Shown: positions 11,057 through 20,055 of the stretch, one piece after another | Layout: the number at the start of each line of letters is the position of its first letter | How positions within the stretch are numbered: the stretch's first letter is position 1 | NCBI GenBank assembly: GCA_025465385.1 | Contig: JAODNG010000408.1 | Coordinates: 1 to 36,304 of the forward strand | Length of the DNA stretch: 36,304 nucleotides | Direction of reading: 5' to 3' | DNA from: Pseudonocardiales bacterium | GTDB taxonomy: Bacteria; Actinomycetota; Actinomycetes; Mycobacteriales; Pseudonocardiaceae | Notes under the pieces: model-generated | Databases searched by the model: none | What the model saw: the letters and a program-made list of their open reading frames with translations, nothing else | Told to the model about the DNA's origin: nothing | Position numbers and translations under genes: made by a program

Positions 11057-12013
11057 TCATAGATCGCGCACGTCGGCCTGTTTAGCCGCGACGGCCTGCG
11101 CGGCCTGCTTGAGCTGCGCGAGCTCGCACGCGGTCAGCGGGATTTCCACCACTCGGTTTACCCCACGGCGACCCAGCTCGGCGGTAACGCCCAGGTAAAC
11201 ATCGGAGATCCCGTACTCGCCATCCAGCCAGGCACAGACCGGCAACACGGCACCGGAATCCTCATGCACCGCGCGCACCATGCGCGCCGCCGCGGCAGAC
11301 GGTGCGTAATACGCCGATCCGGTCTGGAGCAGGGCGATCACTTCGGCTCCGCCGTTTCGGGTGCGAGTGATCAGCTGTTCGATCTTGTCTGCGGGCAACA
11401 GGTCGGTCAGCGGTGCACCATCAACCGTGCAGGCGCTGGGCACTGGGACCATGGTGTCGCCGTGCGAGCCCAACGTCAGGGTGCGCACCGAGGACACCGG
11501 GACGGCGAGTTCCTCGGCGACGAAGTTGGTGAACCGCGCGGTGTCGAGCATCCCGGCTTGACCCATCACCCGGTGTTGAGGAAACCCAGTGACCAACGCC
11601 ACCAGCGCGGTCATCTCATCCAGCGGGTTGGACACCACGATGACGACCGCGTCGGGGGCGTGCTCGGCAACGTTCTCCGCGACCTGCCGGACGATCCGGG
11701 CGTTGACGTCGATCAGGTCCATCCGGCTCATCCCCGGCTTGCGGGGTACCCCGGCGGTGATCACAACGATATCGCTGCCGGCGATCGCGGCATAGCCGGA
11801 ACCATCGCGGCCAGTGGTCTGGCCGACGACTCTGGTCTCGAAGCCCTCCACCGGTCGGGATTGGTTCATGTCCAGCGCCAAGCCCTCCGGCCGGCCCTCG
11901 ATGATGTCGGTAAGCACGACCGTGTCGAACAGGTCGTATTCGGCCAGCCGCTGCGCAGTGGTCGAGCCGTAGAAGCCGGCCCCGATGACTGCGACCGTGC
12001 CGGAACGTGCCAT
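11057..12013 (-). CDS. mdh: malate dehydrogenase (LDH-like MDH)
   Basis: VAVIGAGFYGSTTA Rossmann motif, GVPRKPGMSRMDL, and catalytic-His region GSHGDTMVP. ATG 12013 is preceded by GGGAGGA 5 nt upstream. The track start at 12031 adds 6 aa. Confidence 0.9.
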   Translation of the reverse strand: MARSGTVAVIGAGFYGSTTAQRLAEYDLFDTVVLTDIIEGRPEGLALDMNQSRPVEGFETRVVGQTTGRDGSGYAAIAGSDIVVITAGVPRKPGMSRMDLIDVNARIVRQVAENVAEHAPDAVVIVVSNPLDEMTALVALVTGFPQHRVMGQAGMLDTARFTNFVAEELAVPVSSVRTLTLGSHGDTMVPVPSACTVDGAPLTDLLPADKIEQLITRTRNGGAEVIALLQTGSAYYAPSAAAARMVRAVHEDSGAVLPVCAWLDGEYGISDVYLGVTAELGRRGVNRVVEIPLTACELAQLKQAAQAVAAKQADVRDL

Positions 12014-12043
12014 CGATCCTCCCGTGATCAATTTCTGCTGAGC

Positions 12044-12331
12044 TCACCCTACGGTCAGCGGTCCTCCGGTGATCGTCAGCGCCACGGCGAGCATCAGCAG
12101 GCCGAAGGTGCCGTAGATCCCCACGTCCCAGGCGCGGCGGCGGATCCCGAGCAACCCGGTCCACTCAGGAGGGAGCACCGCCCGCAATCCCGCGGCCAGC
12201 AGCAGCGCACCGCCGATGATCACTGTGCCCTCCCGCCAGTGGTACTCCGTGATGCGCACCATGGCCAGCGCCATCACGGCCAGGACCAGACCAAACGCCA
12301 GCTGTGGCCGCAGGCTCGTCCGGGCGGTCAT
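12044..12331 (-). CDS. DUF3017-like small membrane protein
   Basis: 95 aa with three or four hydrophobic helices. A 4-nt overlap with the folD stop suggests coupling. A small membrane protein downstream of folD is a common actinobacterial arrangement (recollection). Confidence 0.6.
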   Translation of the reverse strand: MTARTSLRPQLAFGLVLAVMALAMVRITEYHWREGTVIIGGALLLAAGLRAVLPPEWTGLLGIRRRAWDVGIYGTFGLLMLAVALTITGGPLTVG

Positions 12332-13182
12332 GATGCACCGGCCCGCTCGGCGGCTTCGACGACGTTGACCAGCAACATCGCTCTGGTCATCGGTCCCACC
12401 CCGCCCGGAACCGGTGCCAGGTATCCGGCGACCTCGGCCACCGCCGGATCGACGTCCCCGGCCAGCCCGCCGTCGGTGCGGGTGATCCCGACGTCGACCA
12501 CGGCGGCCCCCGGCTTGACTAGATCAGCCGTGATCAGTCCGGGTCGTCCGGCTGCGGCCACCACGATGTCGGCGCGGGACACCTCGGCCGCGAGGTCACG
12601 GGTACCGGTGTGACACAGCGTGACCGTGGCGTTCTCGCTGCGCCGGGTCAGCAGCAAACCCAACGGACGACCGACGGTGATGCCGCGGCCGACAATGGTG
12701 ACCCGTGAGCCAGCCAGTGGTACGTCGAAGCGACGCAGCAACTTCACGATGCCGCGCGGGGTGCAGGGCAGCGGTCCCGGCTCACCGAGCACCAGCCGCC
12801 CCAAGTTGACCGGGTGCAGGCCGTCGGCATCTTTGCTCGGGTCGATCCGCTCCAGCACGGCACCGGTGTCCAGACCGGCTGGCAGTGGCAGCTGCACGAG
12901 GTAACCGGTGCAGGTCGGGTCCGCGTTCAGCTCGTCGATCACCGCGAACAGCTCGTCGGGGGTCGTAGTCGCAGGCAGGTCACGGCGGATCGAGGCGATG
13001 CCGACCTTCGTGCAGTCGCTGTGCTTTCCCCGCACGTAGGCATGCGAGCCGGGATCATCGCCGACGATGACGGTGCCGAGTCCAGGAGTGATTCCCTTGC
13101 CGCGCAGCGCAGCCACTCGGGTCCGCAGGTCCGCGAAGAGCTCGTCCCTTGTCGCTTTGCCGTCCAGTACCACCGCGGTCAC
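12328..13182 (-). CDS. folD: bifunctional 5,10-methylenetetrahydrofolate dehydrogenase/cyclohydrolase
   Basis: 284 aa with a GTG start. VLDGKA..., [56 protein letters not shown]. Confidence 0.92.
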   Translation of the reverse strand: MTAVVLDGKATRDELFADLRTRVAALRGKGITPGLGTVIVGDDPGSHAYVRGKHSDCTKVGIASIRRDLPATTTPDELFAVIDELNADPTCTGYLVQLPLPAGLDTGAVLERIDPSKDADGLHPVNLGRLVLGEPGPLPCTPRGIVKLLRRFDVPLAGSRVTIVGRGITVGRPLGLLLTRRSENATVTLCHTGTRDLAAEVSRADIVVAAAGRPGLITADLVKPGAAVVDVGITRTDGGLAGDVDPAVAEVAGYLAPVPGGVGPMTRAMLLVNVVEAAERAGAS

Positions 13183-13206
13183 GGATGCATCCTCGCATCA
13201 CGCCCG

Positions 13207-13821
13207 TTACGTCCCGAGATCCACCCGCAGCCCGTTCGCTGCGGCGAACCGGATCGCGGTGTCCACGTCGATCCGGGCGCCGATCAGCCGCGCCTGCACC
13301 AGGGCGTCGGCGTCCAGCCGGGCCCCGCGGAGGTCGGCGCCCTCCAGCCGGGCGCCTAGCAACCGCGCGCCGGTGAGGTCCGCTCCGGACAGGTCAGCGC
13401 CCCGCAGGTCGGCCTGCACCAGATTCGCCTCGGTCAGTTTGAGCCCGGCGAGCGCCACCTCGCGGAGATCGGCATGTCCGAGGCCGGTGAGACGCAGGTC
13501 GACTTCCCGCAGCGTCCACGGCCGCAGCCGGCAGTCGCTGAGTGTGCTGCCCAGCAGGGAGCAGTGTTCCAGCACCGAGTCGGTCAGCGTGGTGCGCTGG
13601 AAGGTGCAGCTGTGAAACGCCGTCGCGCGGTGCTGCGAGGCACCCAGGTCGGCGTGGGTGAAGTCGCAGCTGGTGAATCGGCAGCTGCGAGTGCACAGCC
13701 CACGCAGGTCGGCGTCGATGAACCGGCAGCCGACGAAGCAGCGCCCCTCCCACTCCTGGTCGGCGAAGACCGCGTCGGTGAAATCCGTCTCGGTGAAATC
13801 TTCTTCGACGATCTCGGACAT
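13207..13821 (-). CDS. mfpA: pentapeptide-repeat protein, MfpA-like (DNA-mimic gyrase-protection family)
   Basis: 204 aa, almost entirely A(D/N)LXX pentapeptides (ADLRGADLSGADLTGARLLGARLEGADLRGARL). The segments SQHRATAFHSCTFQRTTL...CRLRP and the C-terminal GARIDVDTAIRFAAANGL resemble my recollection of M. tuberculosis MfpA. The gene also lies between folD and dnaE2, as in that genome. Confidence 0.75.
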   Translation of the reverse strand: MSEIVEEDFTETDFTDAVFADQEWEGRCFVGCRFIDADLRGLCTRSCRFTSCDFTHADLGASQHRATAFHSCTFQRTTLTDSVLEHCSLLGSTLSDCRLRPWTLREVDLRLTGLGHADLREVALAGLKLTEANLVQADLRGADLSGADLTGARLLGARLEGADLRGARLDADALVQARLIGARIDVDTAIRFAAANGLRVDLGT

Positions 13822-13969
13822 GCCTGCACTTTCTCAGGCGGCCCGATACGGGTTCCTGGCCCACCCGGCCTCGCTTCCCACCATGATCACGGCCTGTGTG
13901 TCATAGACGACAACTGCGTCGCGCAGGGCACACCGATGGTGATCAACCTGCCACGCTGGATGACCGGTC

Positions 13970-16900
13970 TCATCGGAAGTCACGGGAGTTCGAGCGCACC
14001 CGCATGTCCAGCGCTGCGGCATGCTCAGCGAGCACGTTGATCACTCCTTCGGCGATCTGCAACCGGCCGCGCAGCAGCAGCGCCGGGCAGGCCCGCACGA
14101 TCGTGCGGTATCGCACCCAGAAACCCGGTGAGCAGATCACGTTCACCATGCCGGTCTCGTCCTCAAGATTCAGGAACGTGACCCCGCCCGCGGTGGCCGG
14201 GCGCTGCCGATGCGTCACCGCACCGGCGACCAGCACCCGCTGCCCGTCGTCGCGCTGTCCCAGCTGGGCGGCGGGCACCACACCTAGCCTGGCCAGGTCG
14301 GTCCGGAGGAACTGGGTGGGGAAGCTGTCCGGCGAGACCCCGGTGGCCCAGACGTCGGCCGCGGCGAGTTCCAGCGCGCTCATCCCGGGAAGCGGGGGCG
14401 CGATGACTCCAACTGCGGTGCCGGGCAGCCGGTCCGGACGCTGCGCGGCCACCGCACCGGCGGACCACAGCGCCTGCCGGCGTTGCGGGGTCAGCTCGTC
14501 GAACGCCCCACCGGTGGCCAGCGCCTCGGCCTGGGCGGTGGTCAGCCCCACCCGGTGCGCGACGTCAGCGATGCTGCGGTAGCGGCCGTGCGCCTGCCGT
14601 TCCTCGACCAACCGGGTGGCCAGTGGCTGGCCCATCGTGCGCACCATCGCCAGTCCCAGCCGCACCGCCTGCTCCGGTGCACCCTCCGCGGCTGGTTCCA
14701 GCCCGGCGTGCACCCCGCTGGCGTTGATGTCCGGAGCTCGGACGGTGACACCGTGCCTGCGGGCGTCGGCGATCAGCGACTGCGGGGAGTAGAAGCCCAT
14801 CGGCTGGGCTCGCAGCAGGGCGGCGCAGAACGCTGCCGGGTAGTAATGCTTGAACCAAGCACTGTAATAGACCAGCGAGGCGAAGCTGATCGAGTGGCTT
14901 TCCGGGAAACCGAAGTTGGCGAAGGCCAGCAGCTTGGCGTAGATCTTCTCGGCGAGCTCACCGCGGATCCCGTGCCGGGCCATTCCCTCGAACAGCCGCC
15001 CGCGGAGGCGTTCCATTCGCTCGGTGGACCGTTTCGCGCCCATCGCGCGGCGCAGCTCGTCGGCCTCGGCGGGGGAAAAGTCGGCGACGTCGATGGCCAT
15101 CTGCATCAGCTGCTCCTGGAACAGCGGTACCCCCAGCGTTTTGCGCAGCGCGTTCGCCAGCCGTGGGTGGTCGTAGTCCCAGGCCTCCTGGCCGTTGCGG
15201 CGCCGGATGTAGGGGTGCACCGAGTCGCCCTGGATCGGGCCAGGACGGATCAGCGCCACCTCCACCACCAGGTCGTAGAAGCACCGCGGTTTGAGCCGCG
15301 GCAGGGTGGCCATCTGCGCACGGGACTCCACCTGGAACACCCCGACCGAATCGGCCCGGGACAGCATCGCGTAGACGGCCGGGTCGGTTGGCTGCAGATC
15401 CGAAAGCCGCACCCGGTGCCGGTAGTGCCGCGCCACCAGATCGACCGCGTAGTGCAGCGCGGAAAGCATCCCGAGCCCGAGCAGGTCGAACTTGACCAAC
15501 CCGACAGCCGCACAGTCGTCTTTGTCCCACTGCACCACCGAGCGGTTCTCCCGCCGTGCCCACTCCACCGGGCAGACCTCAGCCACCGGCCGGGAGCAGA
15601 TCACCATGCCACCGGAGTGGATGCCCAGGTGCCTAGGGAATCCCTCCAGCTCGGTGGCTAGGGCTAGTACCGGTTCGGGGATCTCGGTGTCATCTGTGGT
15701 CCGATTCAGCGGCCCCCAGCGGTCGATCTGCTTGCCCCAGGCATCCTGGGTGCCGGTCGAATAGCCCAGCGCCTTGGCCATATCCCGCACCGCGGAGCGG
15801 GCCCGGTAGGTGATCACGTTGGCGACCTGGGCAGCGCAGTCCCGGCTGTATTTCTCATAGACGTACTGGATGGCCTCTTCTCGGCGGTCGGACTCGATAT
15901 CCAGGTCGATGTCGGGGTAGCCGTCCCGATCCGGGGCGAGGAACCGTTCGAAGAGCAGGTCCATCGCCACCGCGTCGACGCTCGTGATGCCCAACGCGTA
16001 GCAGACCGCGGAATTAGCCGCCGACCCGCGACCCTGGCAGAAGATGTCGGCTCGCCGGCAGAATCCCACGATGTCATGCACGATGAGGAAGTAGCCGGGG
16101 AAGTTTTTTTCCTCAATGACGGCCAGCTCATGTTCGATCTGGTGGTAGGCACCGGGACGCTCGTCGTAGCTGCCGTAGCGGGTGGTCGCGCCGACCCAGG
16201 TGAGTTCGCGCAGCCAGCTGGCCTCGGTGTGATCGTCGGGGACGGCGAACGGCGGCAGGTCCGGCGCCACCAGGTGGAGGTCGAAAGAGCACTCCCGGCC
16301 CAGCGCGGCGGCCCGTTCGACGACCCCAGGCCAGCGGGCGAACCGGTCGGCCATCTCGGCTCCGGAGCGTAGGTGTGCTGTTGCCGCGGCCGGTAGCCAG
16401 CCGTCCATCTCGTCCAGGCTGCGCCGAGCCCGGACCGCGGCCAGTGCGGTGGCCAGCCGGTGCCGCGAGGGGGTGGCGTAGTGCGCGGCGGTGGTGGCGA
16501 CGATATCCAGCCCTTGCGCCGCGGCCAGTGCCACGAGCGCGTCGTTACGCTCGGTGTCGTCCGGAAGCCCGTTGGCGGTGAGCTCGACGACGACATGTCC
16601 CGCGCCGAACAGCTCGGTCAGCCGGCGAAGCTGAGTGGCCGCGGCGGCCGGCCCCTCGCATTCCAGCGCTGCCCGCACTGCGGCCTTGCGGCAACCGGTG
16701 AGCACCACCCAGTGCCCACCCGCGGCGGCGGCTACCGCGTTGAGGTCATACACCGGCTTACCCTTCTCTTTCCCGGCGATCTGGGCGTCGCTGATCACCC
16801 GGGACAGCCTGCGGTAACCCTCGGGGTCGCGGGCCAGCACGAGCAGGTGCTCGCCCTGCGGGTCGGGTATCCCGTTCTGCGGTGAAGTAAGGCCGAGGCT

Positions 16901-17314
16901 GAGCTCCGCCCCGAATACGGTCTTGATACCCAGCTCCCTGGCCGCCTCCGCGAAGCGCACCACCCCGTACATCCCGTCGTGGTCGGTGATCGCGATCGCG
17001 TCCAATCCCAGCCGGGCCGCCTCTTCGACCAGCTCCTCGGGATGACTGGCCCCGTCCAAAAAGCTGAAGTTGGAGTGACAGTGCAGCTCGGCATAGGGAA
17101 TCCGCGGTTGAATCTCCGGGAGCTGGGTCTCTGGGAGCTGGGTCGAGGTGAGCAGTGACGGTGGCTCGTAGCGATCCCGGTGACGTGTCCACGCCGGACT
17201 GTCCCCCCCGTCACCGGGTTGCTTCTTGTCGCGGTTCCCGGATCTGCCGGCAGTCCGCCCGGACAGCGCCCGCTCCAAATCCGCCCACTGCACCGGCGGG
17301 TTGTTCCAGCCCAT
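13970..17314 (-). CDS. dnaE2: error-prone DNA polymerase III alpha-subunit paralogue DnaE2 (ImuC)
   Basis: 1114 aa. The N-terminus MGWNNPPVQWADLERAL and PHP domain YAELHCHSNFSFLDGASHPEELVEEAARLGLDAIAITDHDGMYG match DnaE2-type proteins, as do the overall size and the polIIIA core (GRGSAANS..., FDLLGLGMLS). Confidence 0.92.
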   Translation of the reverse strand: MGWNNPPVQWADLERALSGRTAGRSGNRDKKQPGDGGDSPAWTRHRDRYEPPSLLTSTQLPETQLPEIQPRIPYAELHCHSNFSFLDGASHPEELVEEAARLGLDAIAITDHDGMYGVVRFAEAARELGIKTVFGAELSLGLTSPQNGIPDPQGEHLLVLARDPEGYRRLSRVISDAQIAGKEKGKPVYDLNAVAAAAGGHWVVLTGCRKAAVRAALECEGPAAAATQLRRLTELFGAGHVVVELTANGLPDDTERNDALVALAAAQGLDIVATTAAHYATPSRHRLATALAAVRARRSLDEMDGWLPAAATAHLRSGAEMADRFARWPGVVERAAALGRECSFDLHLVAPDLPPFAVPDDHTEASWLRELTWVGATTRYGSYDERPGAYHQIEHELAVIEEKNFPGYFLIVHDIVGFCRRADIFCQGRGSAANSAVCYALGITSVDAVAMDLLFERFLAPDRDGYPDIDLDIESDRREEAIQYVYEKYSRDCAAQVANVITYRARSAVRDMAKALGYSTGTQDAWGKQIDRWGPLNRTTDDTEIPEPVLALATELEGFPRHLGIHSGGMVICSRPVAEVCPVEWARRENRSVVQWDKDDCAAVGLVKFDLLGLGMLSALHYAVDLVARHYRHRVRLSDLQPTDPAVYAMLSRADSVGVFQVESRAQMATLPRLKPRCFYDLVVEVALIRPGPIQGDSVHPYIRRRNGQEAWDYDHPRLANALRKTLGVPLFQEQLMQMAIDVADFSPAEADELRRAMGAKRSTERMERLRGRLFEGMARHGIRGELAEKIYAKLLAFANFGFPESHSISFASLVYYSAWFKHYYPAAFCAALLRAQPMGFYSPQSLIADARRHGVTVRAPDINASGVHAGLEPAAEGAPEQAVRLGLAMVRTMGQPLATRLVEERQAHGRYRSIADVAHRVGLTTAQAEALATGGAFDELTPQRRQALWSAGAVAAQRPDRLPGTAVGVIAPPLPGMSALELAAADVWATGVSPDSFPTQFLRTDLARLGVVPAAQLGQRDDGQRVLVAGAVTHRQRPATAGGVTFLNLEDETGMVNVICSPGFWVRYRTIVRACPALLLRGRLQIAEGVINVLAEHAAALDMRVRSNSRDFR

Positions 17315-17323
17315 GATGTGGAC

Positions 17324-18925
17324 CTAGAAGGGGGGCGGGTCGTCGCCGGATGGAGGGTGCGTGCCGGGTCGATGGTCGTGGGGATGGCTGGTGTAGCTGT
17401 GACCGGTGGGAGTGGTCCAGGTGATGGTGCTGTCGAGATGCTGCTCGACCTGCCAGCTGGGGGCATGGGTTTTGAGCCGGTGGTGATGGCGGCAACTGGC
17501 GTGCAGGTTGTGTTCGCTGGTGGTGCCGTCGGAGTGGTAGGGGATGGTGTGGTCGAGGTCGGCCCGGGCGGCGGGCTGACGGCAGATCGGATTGCGGCAG
17601 AACACGTCGCGAGCGCGGACGAAGTCCGCCAGGCTGGCCGGTGGGGTGTAGGTGGTGCGGCCGTAGTCGAGCAGGGTGCCCGAGACCGGGTCGGTCAGCA
17701 GTCGCCGCCAGGTGCCTTGCGCGGCGATCTCGCGGGCCAGCTCGGCGGGAATAGGTCCGTGGCCGACCAGTTCCCCAGGCTGTTCATTCAGTCCCAGCAG
17801 CATGGTGATCGGCACGATCACGGAGATCAGCGGTTTGCCCGGTCCGGTCGCGCGGGTGGGTTCGCAGCAATGGCCACCTGGGCTCGGTGCGTTGGCAGGA
17901 TTGGAGGAGCTGGCCTGGCTTGCGGAGTCGGAGACCGGGTCCGGTGTGGTCTCGGGAGATGCCGTACCGCTGGCATCGTCGGGACAGTCATCGTCAGGAC
18001 AGCGGCAGTCGCCGGAACACCGCTGGTCCATGCAGGAGCCGGTAGCTGCGCAGCGCCGTCCGGTGAGCAGCTCGACGAGCAGGTCGGCACGCCGAGCGTC
18101 CATCCCGCGGTCGTCGCTACCCAACCCGCGCGCAAGGTCACAGAGCCGCTGGTAGGCGGCGGTGGCGTCCGAAGCCGACAGCAACGCCCACAGTGACGCC
18201 ATGCCCTCCTCGTCGGGGGACACCACCACTCGTCGGTCCTGGCGCCGCCACTGGTGACGCTCGGCTGCCCCCTTGGGGTCGAGCGCCAGCACCGCACGGG
18301 TCAGCGCAGCCCGCAACTGAGCGATCGTCTGGGTCCCGGCGCGGCGCAACACCCGCGCCTCCAAGGCTCCCCGCAGCTCAGGAGCCAGCAGATAGCTGGC
18401 TTCAGTGATCGCCCTCGCCTTCAGCGAATCGATCGCCCCGGCCTCCCACGCGGCCAGAGTGCCGGGCAACTCCGCGACCAGGGTCTGGGCCATCACCAGC
18501 CGCCCGGTCGCGGTCATCCGCGACAACCGCAACGCCAAGGCCACCTCATCCGGAGCGAATTCACTGCATCGCGACGGGGTATCCGAATTGGTCGCCAGCA
18601 GATGATCTTCCGGGCGGCGTCGGGCGAACTCGGCCAGCAATACTGCCTGACGCGCCAACGCCCACGAGGCCACGCGATCGAATCCGATCACCGCGTCAAT
18701 CAACTCGCTATCGGACAGCGCAGCTAGATCAGCGCAGCCGTGATCCAACTCCAACGCCAGCCACCCCGACGGGGCGCACGCCGACACCGGCGGCTGGGCT
18801 GCCTCCGGTGGTCCCGAGGCCTCAGTCAGCCAGGCAGCCTCATCCAGCCAAGCCGGGTCGAAAGAGTCCTCATCGACCGGGATACCCACAACGGGCAGCT
18901 CCTCGACTTGACTCATATCGAACAT
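17324..18925 (-). CDS. DUF222-type HNH endonuclease (REP13E12-like family)
   Basis: C-terminal HNH module: FCRNPICRQPAARADLDHTIPYHSDGTTSEHNLHASCRHHHRLKTH. The upstream DUF222-like region is Ala/Leu-rich, and there is a Cys/Pro/Ser-rich insert. Preferred start is ATG 18925 (MFDMSQVEEL...), 7 nt after a TAGAAT -10 element; ATG 18916 is an alternative. The track start at 19060 would read through the promoter and operator. The stop TAG 17326-17324 lies 9 nt before the dnaE2 ATG. Confidence 0.85.
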   Translation of the reverse strand: MFDMSQVEELPVVGIPVDEDSFDPAWLDEAAWLTEASGPPEAAQPPVSACAPSGWLALELDHGCADLAALSDSELIDAVIGFDRVASWALARQAVLLAEFARRRPEDHLLATNSDTPSRCSEFAPDEVALALRLSRMTATGRLVMAQTLVAELPGTLAAWEAGAIDSLKARAITEASYLLAPELRGALEARVLRRAGTQTIAQLRAALTRAVLALDPKGAAERHQWRRQDRRVVVSPDEEGMASLWALLSASDATAAYQRLCDLARGLGSDDRGMDARRADLLVELLTGRRCAATGSCMDQRCSGDCRCPDDDCPDDASGTASPETTPDPVSDSASQASSSNPANAPSPGGHCCEPTRATGPGKPLISVIVPITMLLGLNEQPGELVGHGPIPAELAREIAAQGTWRRLLTDPVSGTLLDYGRTTYTPPASLADFVRARDVFCRNPICRQPAARADLDHTIPYHSDGTTSEHNLHASCRHHHRLKTHAPSWQVEQHLDSTITWTTPTGHSYTSHPHDHRPGTHPPSGDDPPPF

Positions 18926-18933
18926 GTGTTCGA
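18918..18933 (-). promoter_or_regulatory. LexA (SOS) box, perfect actinobacterial consensus
   Basis: TCGAAC-ACAT-GTTCGA is a perfect inverted repeat matching the mycobacterial/actinobacterial consensus TCGAAC-N4-GTTCGA. It overlaps the -10 element and contains the HNH ATG in its spacer. Confidence 0.75.
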
Positions 18934-18941
18934 TTCTACCA
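18933..18941 (-). promoter_or_regulatory. extended -10 promoter element TGGTAGAAT (leaderless-type promoter of the HNH gene)
   Basis: The minus strand reads ...cagaTGTGGTAGAATCGAACACATGTTCGATATG. TAGAAT fits TAnnnT and has a TGn extension. The ATG begins 7 nt after the hexamer, which is the expected TSS distance, and there is no SD. Confidence 0.5.
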
Positions 18942-19132
18942 CATCTGACGGAGGCTGCTTGGGCGTCGCAGTAGCCAGTTGCCCGCCGACGTAGGCAATC
19001 GGCCCGCGCGGGCAGCGCGTGATCCGGCTCAGGACTTCCGAAGTCACGGCCAACCGCCAACGCGGCTGCCCGTCGGACTCCAAAGAAGTTTCGGGTCCTG
19101 GTCGTCGAATCGGCAGGGCAGGATCCGTTGCT

Positions 19133-19893
19133 GTGAGCAATGGCGACCCGACGTTCGTGCTGGTGACCGGCTCGGGAGCGATGTCGTTCCGGTGGAACCC
19201 GCTGATCCGAGAACTTATGCTGCGCGGTCAGCGTGCCCTACCCATTGAGCTGCCCGGGCACGGGTTCGACACCGTGTTCCCTCCGGCTACGGCAGCCCCC
19301 AGGACCTCGACCAGCTCGCCACCGCCGCCTCACCGCTGGCCGGGCTGATCCTCGACGACTACGCCGAACACACCTTAGGCATCATTTGGCGGATCGCCGA
19401 GCACGGCCCCGGTCGTTCTAGTGGGCCACAGCCTAGGCGGCAGCACCCTGACCCGGGTCGCCAACACCGCCCCGGAACAGCTGGCCCGGATCGTCTACCT
19501 GAGCGCGTACTGCTGCGTCGCTTCCCCGATCGTGCTCGCTTACGCTCCGACCGCGCCAGCGCCTGACAGCCCGCTTGGACGGGCTCGGCGGATCTCCTTT
19601 CTCGGTCAACCCGGGCGTACCTGGGTCTCGCGGATCAACCCACGAACCACCGACCCCGACGTGCTTGCTGTGCAGCACGCTCTGCTGATGGCCGACCTGA
19701 ATCCGGCACAGGTGCCGGCGGTACTCGCCTACGCCACCCAACCCGACGAGCCGCTGCAGGTTGTCGTCACCGACGCCCGGTTGACCCCGAGACGTGGCGA
19801 CGGCTGCCGCGCACCATCGCAGCCAGCCACTATGCCCCGATCACACAACCCTCAGAGGTCGCCGACATCCTTACCGCCGCGAGTGCCGCCTAG
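19133..19893 (+). pseudogene. alpha/beta-fold hydrolase pseudogene (at least 3 frameshifts plus a probable internal deletion)
   Basis: The homology-like reading switches frames 2>1>2>1. Segment 1: GTG19133 VSNGDPTFVLVTGSGAMSFRWNPLIRELMLRGQRALPIELPGHGFDTVFPP. Segment 2 (from about 19288): YGSPQDLDQLATAASPLAGLILDDYAEHTLGIIWRIAEHGP. Segment 3 (from about 19412): VVLVGHSLGGSTLTRVANTAPEQLARIVYLSAYC... (GxSxG nucleophile elbow) ...DARLTP. Segment 4 (from 19789): ETWRRLPRTIAASHYAPITQPSEVADILTAASAA then TAG 19891-19893. The stretch between LPRT and the SH(Y)AP His region is much shorter than normal for the fold. Confidence 0.72.
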
Positions 19894-20025
19894 TAGAGGC
19901 CTCCGCCACGATCAGAAGCTGAAGCGGCCGAGAGCCGCCGCTGTTCGGTAAGCCGATCCTCCCCCGGAACACCAGCGCGGTCACAAGTCGCCACTAGTCA
20001 GGCTGTCCGTAGTTCGTCGAGCAAC

Positions 20026-20044
20026 GCGGCGATGAAACCGCCGC
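20026..20044 (-). terminator. GC-rich hairpin 12 nt downstream of the PAC2-family gene stop
   Basis: The minus strand reads GCGGCG-GTTTCAT-CGCCGC followed by GTTGCT. This is the first convincing hairpin downstream of the imuA'-imuB-PAC2 gene string. Confidence 0.4.
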
Positions 20045-20055
20045 AGACGTCCCTA

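Noticed and set aside
11264-12613. 449-aa plus-strand ORF antisense to mdh, DUF3017 and folD. Similar long antisense or overlapping ORFs occur at 8848-9741, 14483-15661, 17180-18196, 21942-22883, 22081-23289, 32987-34501, 34008-35015 and 34993-35931.
   Set aside because: Their translations are Arg/Pro/Gly/His-rich and motif-free, and each lies opposite a gene with strong family motifs. This is the usual stop-codon-poor shadow of high-GC coding DNA.
18926-19060. N-terminal 45-aa extension of the HNH ORF as listed in the track (start 19060).
   Set aside because: It would be translated through its own -10 element and LexA box. The extension (MAVGRDFGSPEPDHALPARADCLRRRATGY...) looks non-coding, and ATG 18925 has leaderless-promoter geometry.
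19894-20025. Possible gene remnant or attachment site between the hydrolase pseudogene and the PAC2 gene.
   Set aside because: No frame gives a protein-like translation. Only short GC stems are present (for example GCGGC-cgaga-GCCGC), and no repeat matches the other flank of the HNH element.
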